DNA from: a virus
Length of the DNA stretch: 40,847 bases
Virus genome (UHGV): UHGV-0390358
Reading direction: 5' to 3' (one strand)
Of the stretch, positions 16,306 through 24,607 are shown one piece after another. The notes below the pieces were generated by a model. That model worked only from the letters and a program-made list of their open reading frames with translations. It had not been told where the DNA came from and searched no databases. Made by a program: the position numbers and the translations under genes. The first letter of the stretch is position 1, and each line of letters begins with the position of its first letter.

Positions 16306-17122
16306 GGTTGAAGTTATCACTCCTGATAAACCTGAAATTTTTCAGATAGCAGAAATTCTGGGTATTGATCCAGATGCTGTTCTTGGAAAGCTGGTTCGTA
16401 TATGGGCATGGGCTGACCAGCAAACAATAGACGGTAACGCTGGCAGCGTTACAAAAGGAGTACTTGATAGACTCGCTTTTATTACAGGATTTGCTGACGC
16501 CCTCATTAGCGTCGGATGGCTTGCTTATCATGACGGCAAACTAATTCTTCCAAACTTTGAGCGACACAATGGAGAATCATCGAAAAAACGTGCACTTACG
16601 AATAGAAGAGTGGCAGAGCATCGAAAACGAGTAACGCAAAAAGTAACGCCAACAGCGTTACAAAAGGAGTTACCAGAGGAAGAGGAAGAGGAAGAGGAAG
16701 ATATATATAAAACCCCACACATAGCGCACGTGCGCGAGGGTGCTCCGACCAGTGAAGCGAACAGTACGCCGTTGCAGGTGGCAGAACCTGAATTTCTGGA
16801 TGGCCTGAGTGAACCCATCGGGAAATTTCCGATGACAGATGGCTGGCTACCGTCGCCAGATTTTCGGCGGCGTGCTGCGCTGTGGGGAACGGCCCTGCCG
16901 GAACCTGAATTTACACCTGCTGAACTTGCTGCATTCCGGGATTACTGGATGGCTGAGGGCAAAGTGTTCACGCAGGTTCAGTGGGAACAAAAATTCGCCA
17001 GGCACGTAAATCATATCAGGGGAAAATCAAAAAATGCCGGGAAAAGCGATGAGCTTGACTGGAATAACACTGACTGGATAGAAGGGGTGTGGGATGAAAT
17101 CAACTCCAGAACTTCTCAATGA
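16286..17122 (+). CDS. Replication initiation / replisome organiser protein (lambda O-like role, DnaT-like C-terminal domain)
   Basis: Position immediately upstream of the P-like gene; poly-Glu linker; internal repeated DNA motifs (candidate origin); C-terminal ...AELAAFRDYWMAEGKVFTQVQWEQKFARHV. Confidence 0.55.
   Translation: MASSWIKVEVITPDKPEIFQIAEILGIDPDAVLGKLVRIWAWADQQTIDGNAGSVTKGVLDRLAFITGFADALISVGWLAYHDGKLILPNFERHNGESSKKRALTNRRVAEHRKRVTQKVTPTALQKELPEEEEEEEEDIYKTPHIAHVREGAPTSEANSTPLQVAEPEFLDGLSEPIGKFPMTDGWLPSPDFRRRAALWGTALPEPEFTPAELAAFRDYWMAEGKVFTQVQWEQKFARHVNHIRGKSKNAGKSDELDWNNTDWIEGVWDEINSRTSQ
16430..16712. repeat. Iteron-like repeats, (GAGGAA)4 and AT-rich tract inside the O-like gene: candidate replication origin
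   Basis: AGCGTTACAAAAGGAGT exact at 16445-16461 and 16654-16670 in different reading frames; GTAACGC at 16434, 16631, 16643; (GAGGAA)4 at 16676-16699 followed by ATATATATAAAA. Confidence 0.35.
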
Positions 17123-17870
17123 GTACGATCGCTTACGTGAGCATGGTGTTGCTGTGCATGAAGAGCGGCGTGACAGCAATGGCAAAAAGGAGCAGGTTGC
17201 TAGAATTTTCAATGAACTATTTGTCCAGTTACAGGCTGCATTTCCTGCAAGCGTTTCGACCATAAGGGAGCAGAACAAACTTAATGAATTCCGTAAGCAA
17301 TGGATGCTTGCGTTTCTGGAGAATGGGATCACTACAATGGAACAGGTTAACGCTGGTATGCGCCACGCCCGCGCCAGTGAATCTCCGTTCTGGCCGTCGC
17401 CAGGGCAATTCATCAAGTGGTGCAAAGACAGCAAGATGGTTCTTGGCGTCACCATTGACGATGTGATGGCGGAGTTTCACCGGTACAGCAAGGAAAAAAG
17501 TTTATATCCTGGTGGTCCCGAAAGATTCCCGTGGCGGCATCCGGTTATGTACTGGGTCGTATGTGATACCCGCCGTGCAATGTATCAGCGCCAGCTTAGC
17601 GAGATTGAGGTTGAGAAACACGCGCGCAGGCTGCTCGATGATTGGGCGAAAAAGGTGGCTTCCGGACAGCAGATACCCGATCCGGTGATCAGCATACAGG
17701 CAAAGCCAGAGCCCATGAGTACACCTCCGGACACAGGGAGAGACGTTTACCATCCACCAGGGCGAAGTTTCGGGTGCATGCCTAACGCCGCCACCCTTGG
17801 GGGAATAACACCGGCGCAGTGGCTGATGGAGGAATACAGGCGGGGAAAGGCGGCAGGATTTATCAAGTAA
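17094..17870 (+). CDS. Replication protein P-like (DnaB helicase loader)
   Basis: Clear similarity by eye to lambda P: ...AAFPAS...QWMLAFLENGITTMEQVNAGMRHAR...PSPGQFIKWC. Confidence 0.8.
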   Translation: MKSTPELLNEYDRLREHGVAVHEERRDSNGKKEQVARIFNELFVQLQAAFPASVSTIREQNKLNEFRKQWMLAFLENGITTMEQVNAGMRHARASESPFWPSPGQFIKWCKDSKMVLGVTIDDVMAEFHRYSKEKSLYPGGPERFPWRHPVMYWVVCDTRRAMYQRQLSEIEVEKHARRLLDDWAKKVASGQQIPDPVISIQAKPEPMSTPPDTGRDVYHPPGRSFGCMPNAATLGGITPAQWLMEEYRRGKAAGFIK

Positions 17871-17987
17871 TACCAGCGCGATAGCGCATTTTTTTACGCC
17901 TCAATAATTACCTATAAGGTAACAAAATATTCTAAGCTCTATTGATTTCGTGTCTTATGTGGTTTTTAATTACCTTAGAGGTAAATC

Positions 17988-18335
17988 ATGAGAAAACAGA
18001 TACAGGCTCTTGGTCGACTCAAAACAGGCCAGATGAACAAAACAGAATCTGCGTATTGCCAGCACCTTGAGCAGCGTAAACGTGCAGGGGAAATCGCCTG
18101 GTATCGATTCGAGGGTATTAAGCTGCGGTTAGCAGACAACACGTTCTATACGCCCGATTTCGCTGTGATGCTCGCCACCGGAGAGATGGAACTGCACGAA
18201 GTGAAAGGGGGATTCTGGACCGACGACGCCAGGGTGAAAACCAAAGTAGCCGCAGATCAGTATCCGTTCCGAATCATCGGGGTAACGGTTAAACCAAAGA
18301 AAGCAGGTGGCGGCTGGAACATCGAAGAGTTCTGA
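17988..18335 (+). CDS. Putative PD-(D/E)XK-type nuclease (possible Holliday-junction resolvase role)
   Basis: 115 aa; motif YTPDF...ELHEVKG; follows replication genes as resolvases do in lambdoid nin regions; operator palindromes immediately upstream. Confidence 0.4.
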   Translation: MRKQIQALGRLKTGQMNKTESAYCQHLEQRKRAGEIAWYRFEGIKLRLADNTFYTPDFAVMLATGEMELHEVKGGFWTDDARVKTKVAADQYPFRIIGVTVKPKKAGGGWNIEEF

Positions 18336-18396
18336 ATCGACGATCTTTTTAGTTATCAATGTAATCAATAAGTTATGTGGATAAGCGAGGGTAAAG

Positions 18397-18957
18397 ATGG
18401 AAAGTAATATCAAAGGGTTAGTTTCCGCCGGGCATGAGATGGCTTCGGAACTGAAAGCAGAATGTGGTGCCGTTGATATGCGCAGTGTGGCAAAGCTGAT
18501 CAGCGATTTGGCAACGCAACTGGAAGTGCAACTGGTGCGTGCTAATGCGCTGGCCGAAGACCACCAGAGAGCGACTGAGTCAATTAAGCAGGCTGATTCG
18601 GCTGTTAAGTTGGCGCACGAGAAGTTTTCGGTGCTGGCGGCGGAGAATGAGCTGGCTCGTAAGGCAGTTCAGGCATTCTGCGATGTTGTTGGCGACAACA
18701 CCGAGGTTATCGCTGAGGTGGTTGGGCGAGATGGCGTTCTGGTTATTTTGGAGGCCATGAAGGCAACAGGAAATATGCCAGCCACCGATGCTTTCCTGGC
18801 TGAAGTCCGGGCGCAGGGGGTGGATATGGCTCGTAACGCGATGATTGATTTTGTTGATGGTGAAGTTGGGCCAAACAAGAACGTTCCGGGGCTGATTAGA
18901 GGCGCAGAGATATGCGTAAGTATTGCTGAACAGCTTCGCAAAGGAGGCAACCAGTGA
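18397..18957 (+). CDS. Hypothetical protein
   Basis: 186 aa ORF with start overlapped to neighbours; unassigned. Confidence 0.45.
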   Translation: MESNIKGLVSAGHEMASELKAECGAVDMRSVAKLISDLATQLEVQLVRANALAEDHQRATESIKQADSAVKLAHEKFSVLAAENELARKAVQAFCDVVGDNTEVIAEVVGRDGVLVILEAMKATGNMPATDAFLAEVRAQGVDMARNAMIDFVDGEVGPNKNVPGLIRGAEICVSIAEQLRKGGNQ

Positions 18958-19490
18958 GCGAAATTAATTACCAGGCACTGCGTGAGGCGGCGGAACGTGC
19001 AATTCCGGCAATGGAACGCCTGTTAATGTTGCCAGTTGATGATGATCTGATAAGTGAACAGGAACTTAAAGATTACGGTGTGGATATTGATGCGCTCAAC
19101 GCCTTCAAATTTCTGGCCGGACCAGAAACCGTGCTGGCGCTTCTGGATGAACGGGAAAGAAACCAGCAATACATCAAACGCCGCGACCAGGAGAACGAGG
19201 AGATTGCGCTAACGGTAGGGAAGCTGCGCGTTGAGCTTGAAGCAGCAAAATCAAAACTCAACGAGCAGCGCGAGTATTACGAGGGAGTTATCTCTGATGG
19301 GTGCAAGCGTATTGCTGAACTGGAAGCGCGGGAAGTTCAATTACCGACTCGCTACGACCTTCGATATGGACACCCGATAAATGCAGATGAGCGACAAGTC
19401 ATGATACCTAAAGAAAATGGCAGTTGGCTTTACCTGATTGACCTAGAACACGCATTACGCGTCGCTGACATTCGCATCAAAGGAGAGTGA
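18954..19490 (+). CDS. Ead/Ea22-like protein
   Basis: N-terminal MSEINYQALREAAERA... resembles lambdoid Ead/Ea22-like N-termini; coiled-coil middle. Confidence 0.45.
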   Translation: MSEINYQALREAAERAIPAMERLLMLPVDDDLISEQELKDYGVDIDALNAFKFLAGPETVLALLDERERNQQYIKRRDQENEEIALTVGKLRVELEAAKSKLNEQREYYEGVISDGCKRIAELEAREVQLPTRYDLRYGHPINADERQVMIPKENGSWLYLIDLEHALRVADIRIKGE

Positions 19491-19491
19491 T

Positions 19492-20670
19492 ATGACCACT
19501 TTTACCGACAAAGAACTGATTAAAGAAATCAAAGAGCGCATCAGCAGCCTGGACGTGCGAGACAATATTGAGCGCCGTGCTTATGAAATTGCTCTGGCAT
19601 CGCTGGAAGCAGAACCGGTGGCGTGGGAATGCGGTGAAAACATAATTTTGTTTAACCCTGACACAGTTGAAGCATACGCAAAACGTGCGGAGATAACACC
19701 TAAGCCACTATTCTCCGCGCCGCCAGCGCCGATGGCTGCGCCGGAGAAATGCCCGGCAGAAATTCGAGAGCTGATGTCGTCGCATTCTGACGATCTCTTC
19801 AACGATGAAGACGCTCAGGAGATTTGGAACACCTGCCGCGCCGCTATGCTTCAGTCCGGAAACTTTCGGGAAAACAAGAATTCGTCAACCAATAATTTTC
19901 GAGAAATCGCGGAAACGTCAACCAACTATCCGGCAATTCCTAGTGAGGTGTTGTCCGCAATCCTGAAGGTTGCCAGGATTCGTGCCGATTTCGATGATTT
20001 TGACGGTGACAGGCGAGGTATCGGTGATTGTCTGGATGAGGCTGAGCAAGAGCTTATCGTTACCATTAACAAATATGCCAGTCAGTTGGCAGTAGTACCT
20101 GTTGGGCTTGATGAACGTGCAGCTTTCAATGCCTGGAATAACGACGAGAACCTCCCCATAGCTGGTGTTGGCGCAAAAAACGCTGCCTGGTTAGCCTGGC
20201 AAGCCCGCGCTGAGTTGGGTCGCTCGTTAGCCGTAAACTCTCCGGTAATTCCGGATGGTTTATCCACGGTATGCGCTGAGGCTTATCAGGTTGTAGGAGT
20301 TATGGCAGATGCGCTTGGTGTATTCGGTGATGCAGCAGTACAGAAAGTTCTGGATAACCTGTCACAGCAAAAACTTGTTCACAGAGATGTGCTGCCGTTC
20401 TCGCTTCCGGTAACTCCGGATGGTTGGGTTATAGTGCCGAAGAAACTAACCGCTGAGAACGGCGCTAAGGGTGTGCTATCCGGTGAATTTTCAGAAACTA
20501 CGTTTATAAGCTGCCCGGAATGCTTTGGCGATGATGATTGCGATACCTGTGACGGGAGCGGACGAATTGAAATTAAAGTACCAGTCACGTGGACGACCAT
20601 AAAATCCATCTGGGATAAAGGTATTGCGCATTTTGCAGCAAAACCGCCGCAGGAGGTTAACCGTGGCTAA
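19492..20670 (+). CDS. Hypothetical protein with C-terminal DnaJ-type CxxCxGxG zinc-finger motif
   Basis: 392 aa; C-terminal CPECFGDDDCDTCDGSG. Confidence 0.45.
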   Translation: MTTFTDKELIKEIKERISSLDVRDNIERRAYEIALASLEAEPVAWECGENIILFNPDTVEAYAKRAEITPKPLFSAPPAPMAAPEKCPAEIRELMSSHSDDLFNDEDAQEIWNTCRAAMLQSGNFRENKNSSTNNFREIAETSTNYPAIPSEVLSAILKVARIRADFDDFDGDRRGIGDCLDEAEQELIVTINKYASQLAVVPVGLDERAAFNAWNNDENLPIAGVGAKNAAWLAWQARAELGRSLAVNSPVIPDGLSTVCAEAYQVVGVMADALGVFGDAAVQKVLDNLSQQKLVHRDVLPFSLPVTPDGWVIVPKKLTAENGAKGVLSGEFSETTFISCPECFGDDDCDTCDGSGRIEIKVPVTWTTIKSIWDKGIAHFAAKPPQEVNRG

Positions 20671-20944
20671 CCTGCAACTTGCCGTCAAAGGTGAATACTT
20701 CGATGCCATGATTCGCGGGGAGAAAACGGAAGAGTATCGCCTGTGTAATGACTACTGGAAAAAGCGCCTCGTTAACCGTAAGCATGACCGCCTGATTATC
20801 ACAAAGGGATATCCGAAGCGCGACGATTCCAGCCGCAGAATAGACGTCCCGTATGAAGGGTATGAAATCAAGACAATCACACATCCGCACTTCGGCGATA
20901 AACCGGTAAAGGTGTTCGCGATAAAGGTAAATATTGATGGCTAA
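20663..20944 (+). CDS. Small protein, possibly ASCH/PUA-like fold
   Basis: GTG start overlapping previous stop; ...YFDAMIRGEKTEEYRL...; weak assignment. Confidence 0.35.
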   Translation: MANLQLAVKGEYFDAMIRGEKTEEYRLCNDYWKKRLVNRKHDRLIITKGYPKRDDSSRRIDVPYEGYEIKTITHPHFGDKPVKVFAIKVNIDG

Positions 20945-21275
20945 ATCAGCAGCAGAGCGCAAAGCCGCTCAGAGAGCCAGACAAGCTGCATCTGGTGTGC
21001 GTAAACTGGAGATTGTGCTTGATGCTCAGGAAATTGAAATGCTGGAGCGTAACTGTGCCACGCGTCGCCCCGGGCGTGCGCCTTACGAATTTGGTGAGTA
21101 TATAGCGTTACTGATCCGCCAGGATGATGCACGCGTGCGCGGGCGTATAAAATCGATCAGCAGAAAACGTTGCGGTAAGTGCGGCGAGAGAGTTCCAGTT
21201 AATTCATGCCCGTGTAATGGTGACTCGCAATGCTGGGTGACTAAAGGCTGGCATGAAACGAAATTAATAGTGTGA
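20937..21275 (+). CDS. Hypothetical protein with C-terminal Cys cluster
   Basis: ATG at 20937; C-terminal CGKCGERVPVNSCPCNGDSQC; stop lies inside the GTGACATGTCAC palindrome. Confidence 0.4.
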   Translation: MAKSAAERKAAQRARQAASGVRKLEIVLDAQEIEMLERNCATRRPGRAPYEFGEYIALLIRQDDARVRGRIKSISRKRCGKCGERVPVNSCPCNGDSQCWVTKGWHETKLIV

Positions 21276-21323
21276 CATGTCACGAGTAGATTATGCATGA
21301 TGAATTTGATGGTTTTGAATACT

Positions 21324-21349
21324 GCCGCCAACTATGGCGGCTTTATTTT
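21324..21349 (+). terminator. Rho-independent terminator between early-right genes and terminase operon
   Basis: GCCGCC-aactat-GGCGGC followed by TTTATTTT. Confidence 0.5.
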
Positions 21350-21392
21350 GCATGGTACTATTACCACAACGGTAACTATTACCACGGTGGTT

Positions 21393-21989
21393 ATGATGCC
21401 TGCTGAACCTAAAACCTATAAACGCAAATCAACGCAATTTAAGCCACTAACAGCAATGCAGGAGGCTTATTGCCAGTCATACATCAAAACGCCTGAAAAC
21501 CAGACTCAGGCAGCGATTAATGCAGGATTCTCCCCAAATACAGCGGCAGTTAAAGCCAGTGTCATGATGCGCGATGAACGCATTCAAAAACGGATTGCCG
21601 AGTTGATGGAGGAGCGCAACAAACGAATGCGCGTCAGTGCTGATTACGTTCTCATGCGCCTGGTGGAGATCGACCAGATGGACGTGATCGACATCCTCAA
21701 CGACGATGGGAGCCTTAAACCAATCCGTGAGTGGCCGAAAATCTGGCGCACTACGCTTAGTGGCTTTGATCTGTCATCGATCATCATGAACATGAACGAG
21801 GATTCGATAGAGACAATCCTCAAAAAAATTAAATGGCCTGACAAGGTGAAGAACCTTGAGCTGATTGGTAAGCATGTTGATGTCAACGCGTTCAAAGAAC
21901 GTCTGGATGTTAATGTGAATGTGACAATTGCTGATCGCATAGCAGCAGCCAGGAAGCGACTCAAAGAACGTCAGGATGGTAATCAGTGA
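21393..21989 (+). CDS. Terminase small subunit
   Basis: HTH-like ...QAAINAGFSPNTAAVKASVMMRDERIQKRIAEL; immediately upstream of and overlapping TerL; start taken at internal ATG 21393. Confidence 0.6.
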   Translation: MMPAEPKTYKRKSTQFKPLTAMQEAYCQSYIKTPENQTQAAINAGFSPNTAAVKASVMMRDERIQKRIAELMEERNKRMRVSADYVLMRLVEIDQMDVIDILNDDGSLKPIREWPKIWRTTLSGFDLSSIIMNMNEDSIETILKKIKWPDKVKNLELIGKHVDVNAFKERLDVNVNVTIADRIAAARKRLKERQDGNQ

Positions 21990-23455
21990 CAGATACATCG
22001 TTATCTCCTGAAGAGCAGTTGATCGAGGATATTGCAGGGTTCACTCACGATCCGCTTGGCTATGCCCTCTATGCGTTCCCGTGGGGGGAAGAGGGGACTG
22101 AACTGGCACATGCCACCGGCCCACGTCAATGGCAGGCTGATGCGTTCCGAGAGATACGTGATCACCTGCAGAATCCAGAGACGCGCTATCAGCCGCTTAT
22201 GCTGGCACGCGCTTCTGGTCACGGTATTGGTAAATCCGCATTTATCTCAATGCTGATCAACTGGGGCATGTCCACTTGCGAGGATTGTAAGGTCGTGGTG
22301 ACCGCCAACACCGACAACCAGCTACGAACGAAGACCTGGCCGGAAATTATCAAGTGGTCGAACCTTGCTATCACGAAAGACTGGTTTACCTGTACCGCTA
22401 CCGCGATGTACAGCAATGACCCTGGGCACGACAAGCGGTGGCGAGCTGACGCAATCCCTTGGTCTGAGCACAACACTGAGGCATTCGCCGGACTACACAA
22501 CGAGCGCAAACGCATCATCGTGGTATTCGATGAAGCGTCGAACATTGCGGATCTGGTGTGGGAAGTTGCCGAGGGTGCGCTAACGGACGAAGACACTGAG
22601 ATTATCTGGGTGGCGTTCGGAAACCCGACGCGTAATACCGGACGTTTCCGCGAATGTTTCCGCAAATATAAACACCGCTGGAAAACTGCGCAGATTGACA
22701 GCCGGACGGTGGAAGGCACCAACAAACAGCAGTTGCAGAAATGGGTTGATGACTACGGGGAAGACAGCGACTTCGTTAAAATCCGTGTGCGTGGAATATT
22801 CCCTGATGCATCTGAATTGCAGTTTATCCCTACCGGTCTTACTGACGAGGCAATGAAACGGGTGGTAACCGCTGCGCAGGTTGCACATGCTCCGGTGATA
22901 ATTGGCGTTGACCCGGCATACTCCGGCGTTGATGACGCTGTGATATACCTGCGGCAGGGGCTACACAGTAAGGTGCTGTGGACTGGCAACAAGACCACTG
23001 ACGATCTGATAATGGCGAAGCGTATCGCTGACTTTGAAGACCAGTACCAGGCTGACGCAGTGTTCATCGACTTCGGTTACGGAACTGGTCTGAAGTCAAT
23101 CGGTGACGGCTGGGGTCGTACATGGCAACTTGTTCCGTTTGGTGGCGCGTCTACTGACCCGCAGATGCTCAACAAGCGTGGGGAGATGTTCAACTCATGC
23201 AAGACATGGCTGAGGCTGGGCGGCATGCTTGATGACCAGGAAACAGCGGACGACCTGTCGGCGGCAGAGTACAAAGTTCGAGTGGACGGTAAAATCGTTA
23301 TCGAACCGAAGGAAGATATCAAGGAGCGGCTTGGGCGTTCTCCTGGTAAAGGCGATGCGCTACTGCTGACGTTTGCGTTCCCGGTAGCCAAGAAAACTAA
23401 TGACCCACGGCAGCAGCAGGGCAGGGCTATAACAGACTATGACCCATTTGAATGA
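21986..23455 (+). CDS. Terminase large subunit
   Basis: GTG start overlapping TerS stop; Walker A-like ARASGHGIGKSAF and Walker B-like IIVVFDEAS; 489 aa. Confidence 0.85.
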   Translation: MTDTSLSPEEQLIEDIAGFTHDPLGYALYAFPWGEEGTELAHATGPRQWQADAFREIRDHLQNPETRYQPLMLARASGHGIGKSAFISMLINWGMSTCEDCKVVVTANTDNQLRTKTWPEIIKWSNLAITKDWFTCTATAMYSNDPGHDKRWRADAIPWSEHNTEAFAGLHNERKRIIVVFDEASNIADLVWEVAEGALTDEDTEIIWVAFGNPTRNTGRFRECFRKYKHRWKTAQIDSRTVEGTNKQQLQKWVDDYGEDSDFVKIRVRGIFPDASELQFIPTGLTDEAMKRVVTAAQVAHAPVIIGVDPAYSGVDDAVIYLRQGLHSKVLWTGNKTTDDLIMAKRIADFEDQYQADAVFIDFGYGTGLKSIGDGWGRTWQLVPFGGASTDPQMLNKRGEMFNSCKTWLRLGGMLDDQETADDLSAAEYKVRVDGKIVIEPKEDIKERLGRSPGKGDALLLTFAFPVAKKTNDPRQQQGRAITDYDPFE

Positions 23456-23458
23456 TTT

Positions 23459-24283
23459 TTACTTTTGTGTTTTTGATTTTCTTTGATAGGTGGAATTTAA
23501 ATCACCATTTATATTTACTAGAGGATTATTCAATAATGTACTGATTTCTGGATTGTTAATTCCAGTAACGCCAAGTTTCTTTACGGACTCATTAAAGTCT
23601 TGTAATGATTTTAGACCTACAAGCCCATTAGCAATTGTATTATTTGTTGCCAAAGGAATGTTTTTCTTATAGGACTCATATTCGTTTTTTAAATTTTTGT
23701 GAGTTTTTTCTAGATTTTCTAGTTTAGATGTTGTTTCATCAATAACCTTAGATAATTCTAAAATACGAGCTTGTGCTGCGCGCAGTTCTGTCTCCCTCTC
23801 TTTCAATTCAGATGTGAGTTGTCCCATTCTGTCTTTTGAAAGAATTATTTCCTCTTTCATGTCTTGAATGTTTTTTTCAGCGCCTGTTTTTACTTTTTCG
23901 TAAGTAATGTCTTTTTTAGCCAGCAATCTCTGTAGCCGTGTTTCACGTTGTATTTTTCTTGCCTTCCGGTGGTTTTCGATTGAGTCATTATTATCAAGAG
24001 GTTTTGCTTGCCATACGTTAATGATATTGTTTACCCATGGTAATAGGCAGCAGATAGTAATTACAGATAAGCATGGATAAAACATAACAGTTTTCCATGT
24101 GCTGTTATCTGAGATGTATGAAATTTTATCTATTATATTTGATTTGCTAAAAAACAGATAAAGAAGTGATTTCCAGTTGAAGGCGCACCAGGACATAACA
24201 AAAGCACCAAGCACAGGGTTTTTAGCTCGATGCACGGCAGTATTGGCAGTAGATAAAAACAGCTCTTTGAACGATTCGAACAT
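23459..24283 (-). CDS. AT-rich accessory protein: N-terminal membrane segments + long coiled-coil; unknown function
   Basis: Opposite strand to flanking late genes; AT-rich composition unlike neighbours; consensus TATAAT -10 at 24309-24314 overlapping an operator palindrome; in-frame alternative starts at 24307 and 24337. Confidence 0.5.
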   Translation of the reverse strand: MFESFKELFLSTANTAVHRAKNPVLGAFVMSWCAFNWKSLLYLFFSKSNIIDKISYISDNSTWKTVMFYPCLSVITICCLLPWVNNIINVWQAKPLDNNDSIENHRKARKIQRETRLQRLLAKKDITYEKVKTGAEKNIQDMKEEIILSKDRMGQLTSELKERETELRAAQARILELSKVIDETTSKLENLEKTHKNLKNEYESYKKNIPLATNNTIANGLVGLKSLQDFNESVKKLGVTGINNPEISTLLNNPLVNINGDLNSTYQRKSKTQK

Positions 24284-24342
24284 ACTAATTACCTTAAAGT
24301 TTTTCATGATTATACCTTTAAGGTAATTTGTGGTCATCAGGC

Positions 24343-24367
24343 AAAAAAAATGCCCGGCGAACCGGGC
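24343..24367 (-). terminator. Rho-independent terminator downstream of the tRNA
   Basis: Minus strand GCCCGG-ttcg-CCGGGC followed by a run of 8 T. Confidence 0.45.
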
Positions 24368-24530
24368 GAACTGGAAGCAATGAGTTATGCCTTCCGTGGC
24401 TGTACGGGTTTACAGCATGAAGTCATCGCAATGGCGTCCTGCTGTAAAAAGGGCGGTGATAGGCCTTCAAGGGAAACCATCACCGCCAAGCCCCTGGAAC
24501 TTCTGGCATCACGGTCCTCAGGCGTGATTC

Positions 24531-24607
24531 TGGCGTGGCATGCAGGATTCGAACCTGCGACCAACCGCTTAGAAGGCGGTTGCTCTGTCCAACTGAGCTA
24601 ATGCCAC
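24531..24607 (-). tRNA. tRNA-Arg (anticodon UCU)
   Basis: Reverse complement folds as a 77-nt cloverleaf: 7-bp acceptor stem GTGGCAT/ATGCCAC, D-arm GCTC..GAGC, anticodon loop CTTCTAA, T-arm GCAGG-TTCGAAT-CCTGC, 3' CCA; differs from E. coli argU in the acceptor stem. Confidence 0.9.

Noticed and set aside
16676-16699. (GAGGAA)4 tandem repeat, and the dispersed palindromes, as a possible CRISPR array
   Set aside because: The repeat units are only 6 bp and in-frame (poly-Glu linker); the palindromes are not regularly spaced and there are no repeat-spacer units or cas genes.
16528-16818. 96-aa minus-strand poly-Ser ORF
   Set aside because: It is the antisense reading of the GAGGAA repeat inside the O-like gene.
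24531-24607. The tRNA-Arg as the host attB/prophage junction
   Set aside because: Both flanks are phage genes (terminase on one side, portal on the other), the tRNA is complete, and it lies about 14 kb from the integrase; the attP-like repeats are next to int instead.
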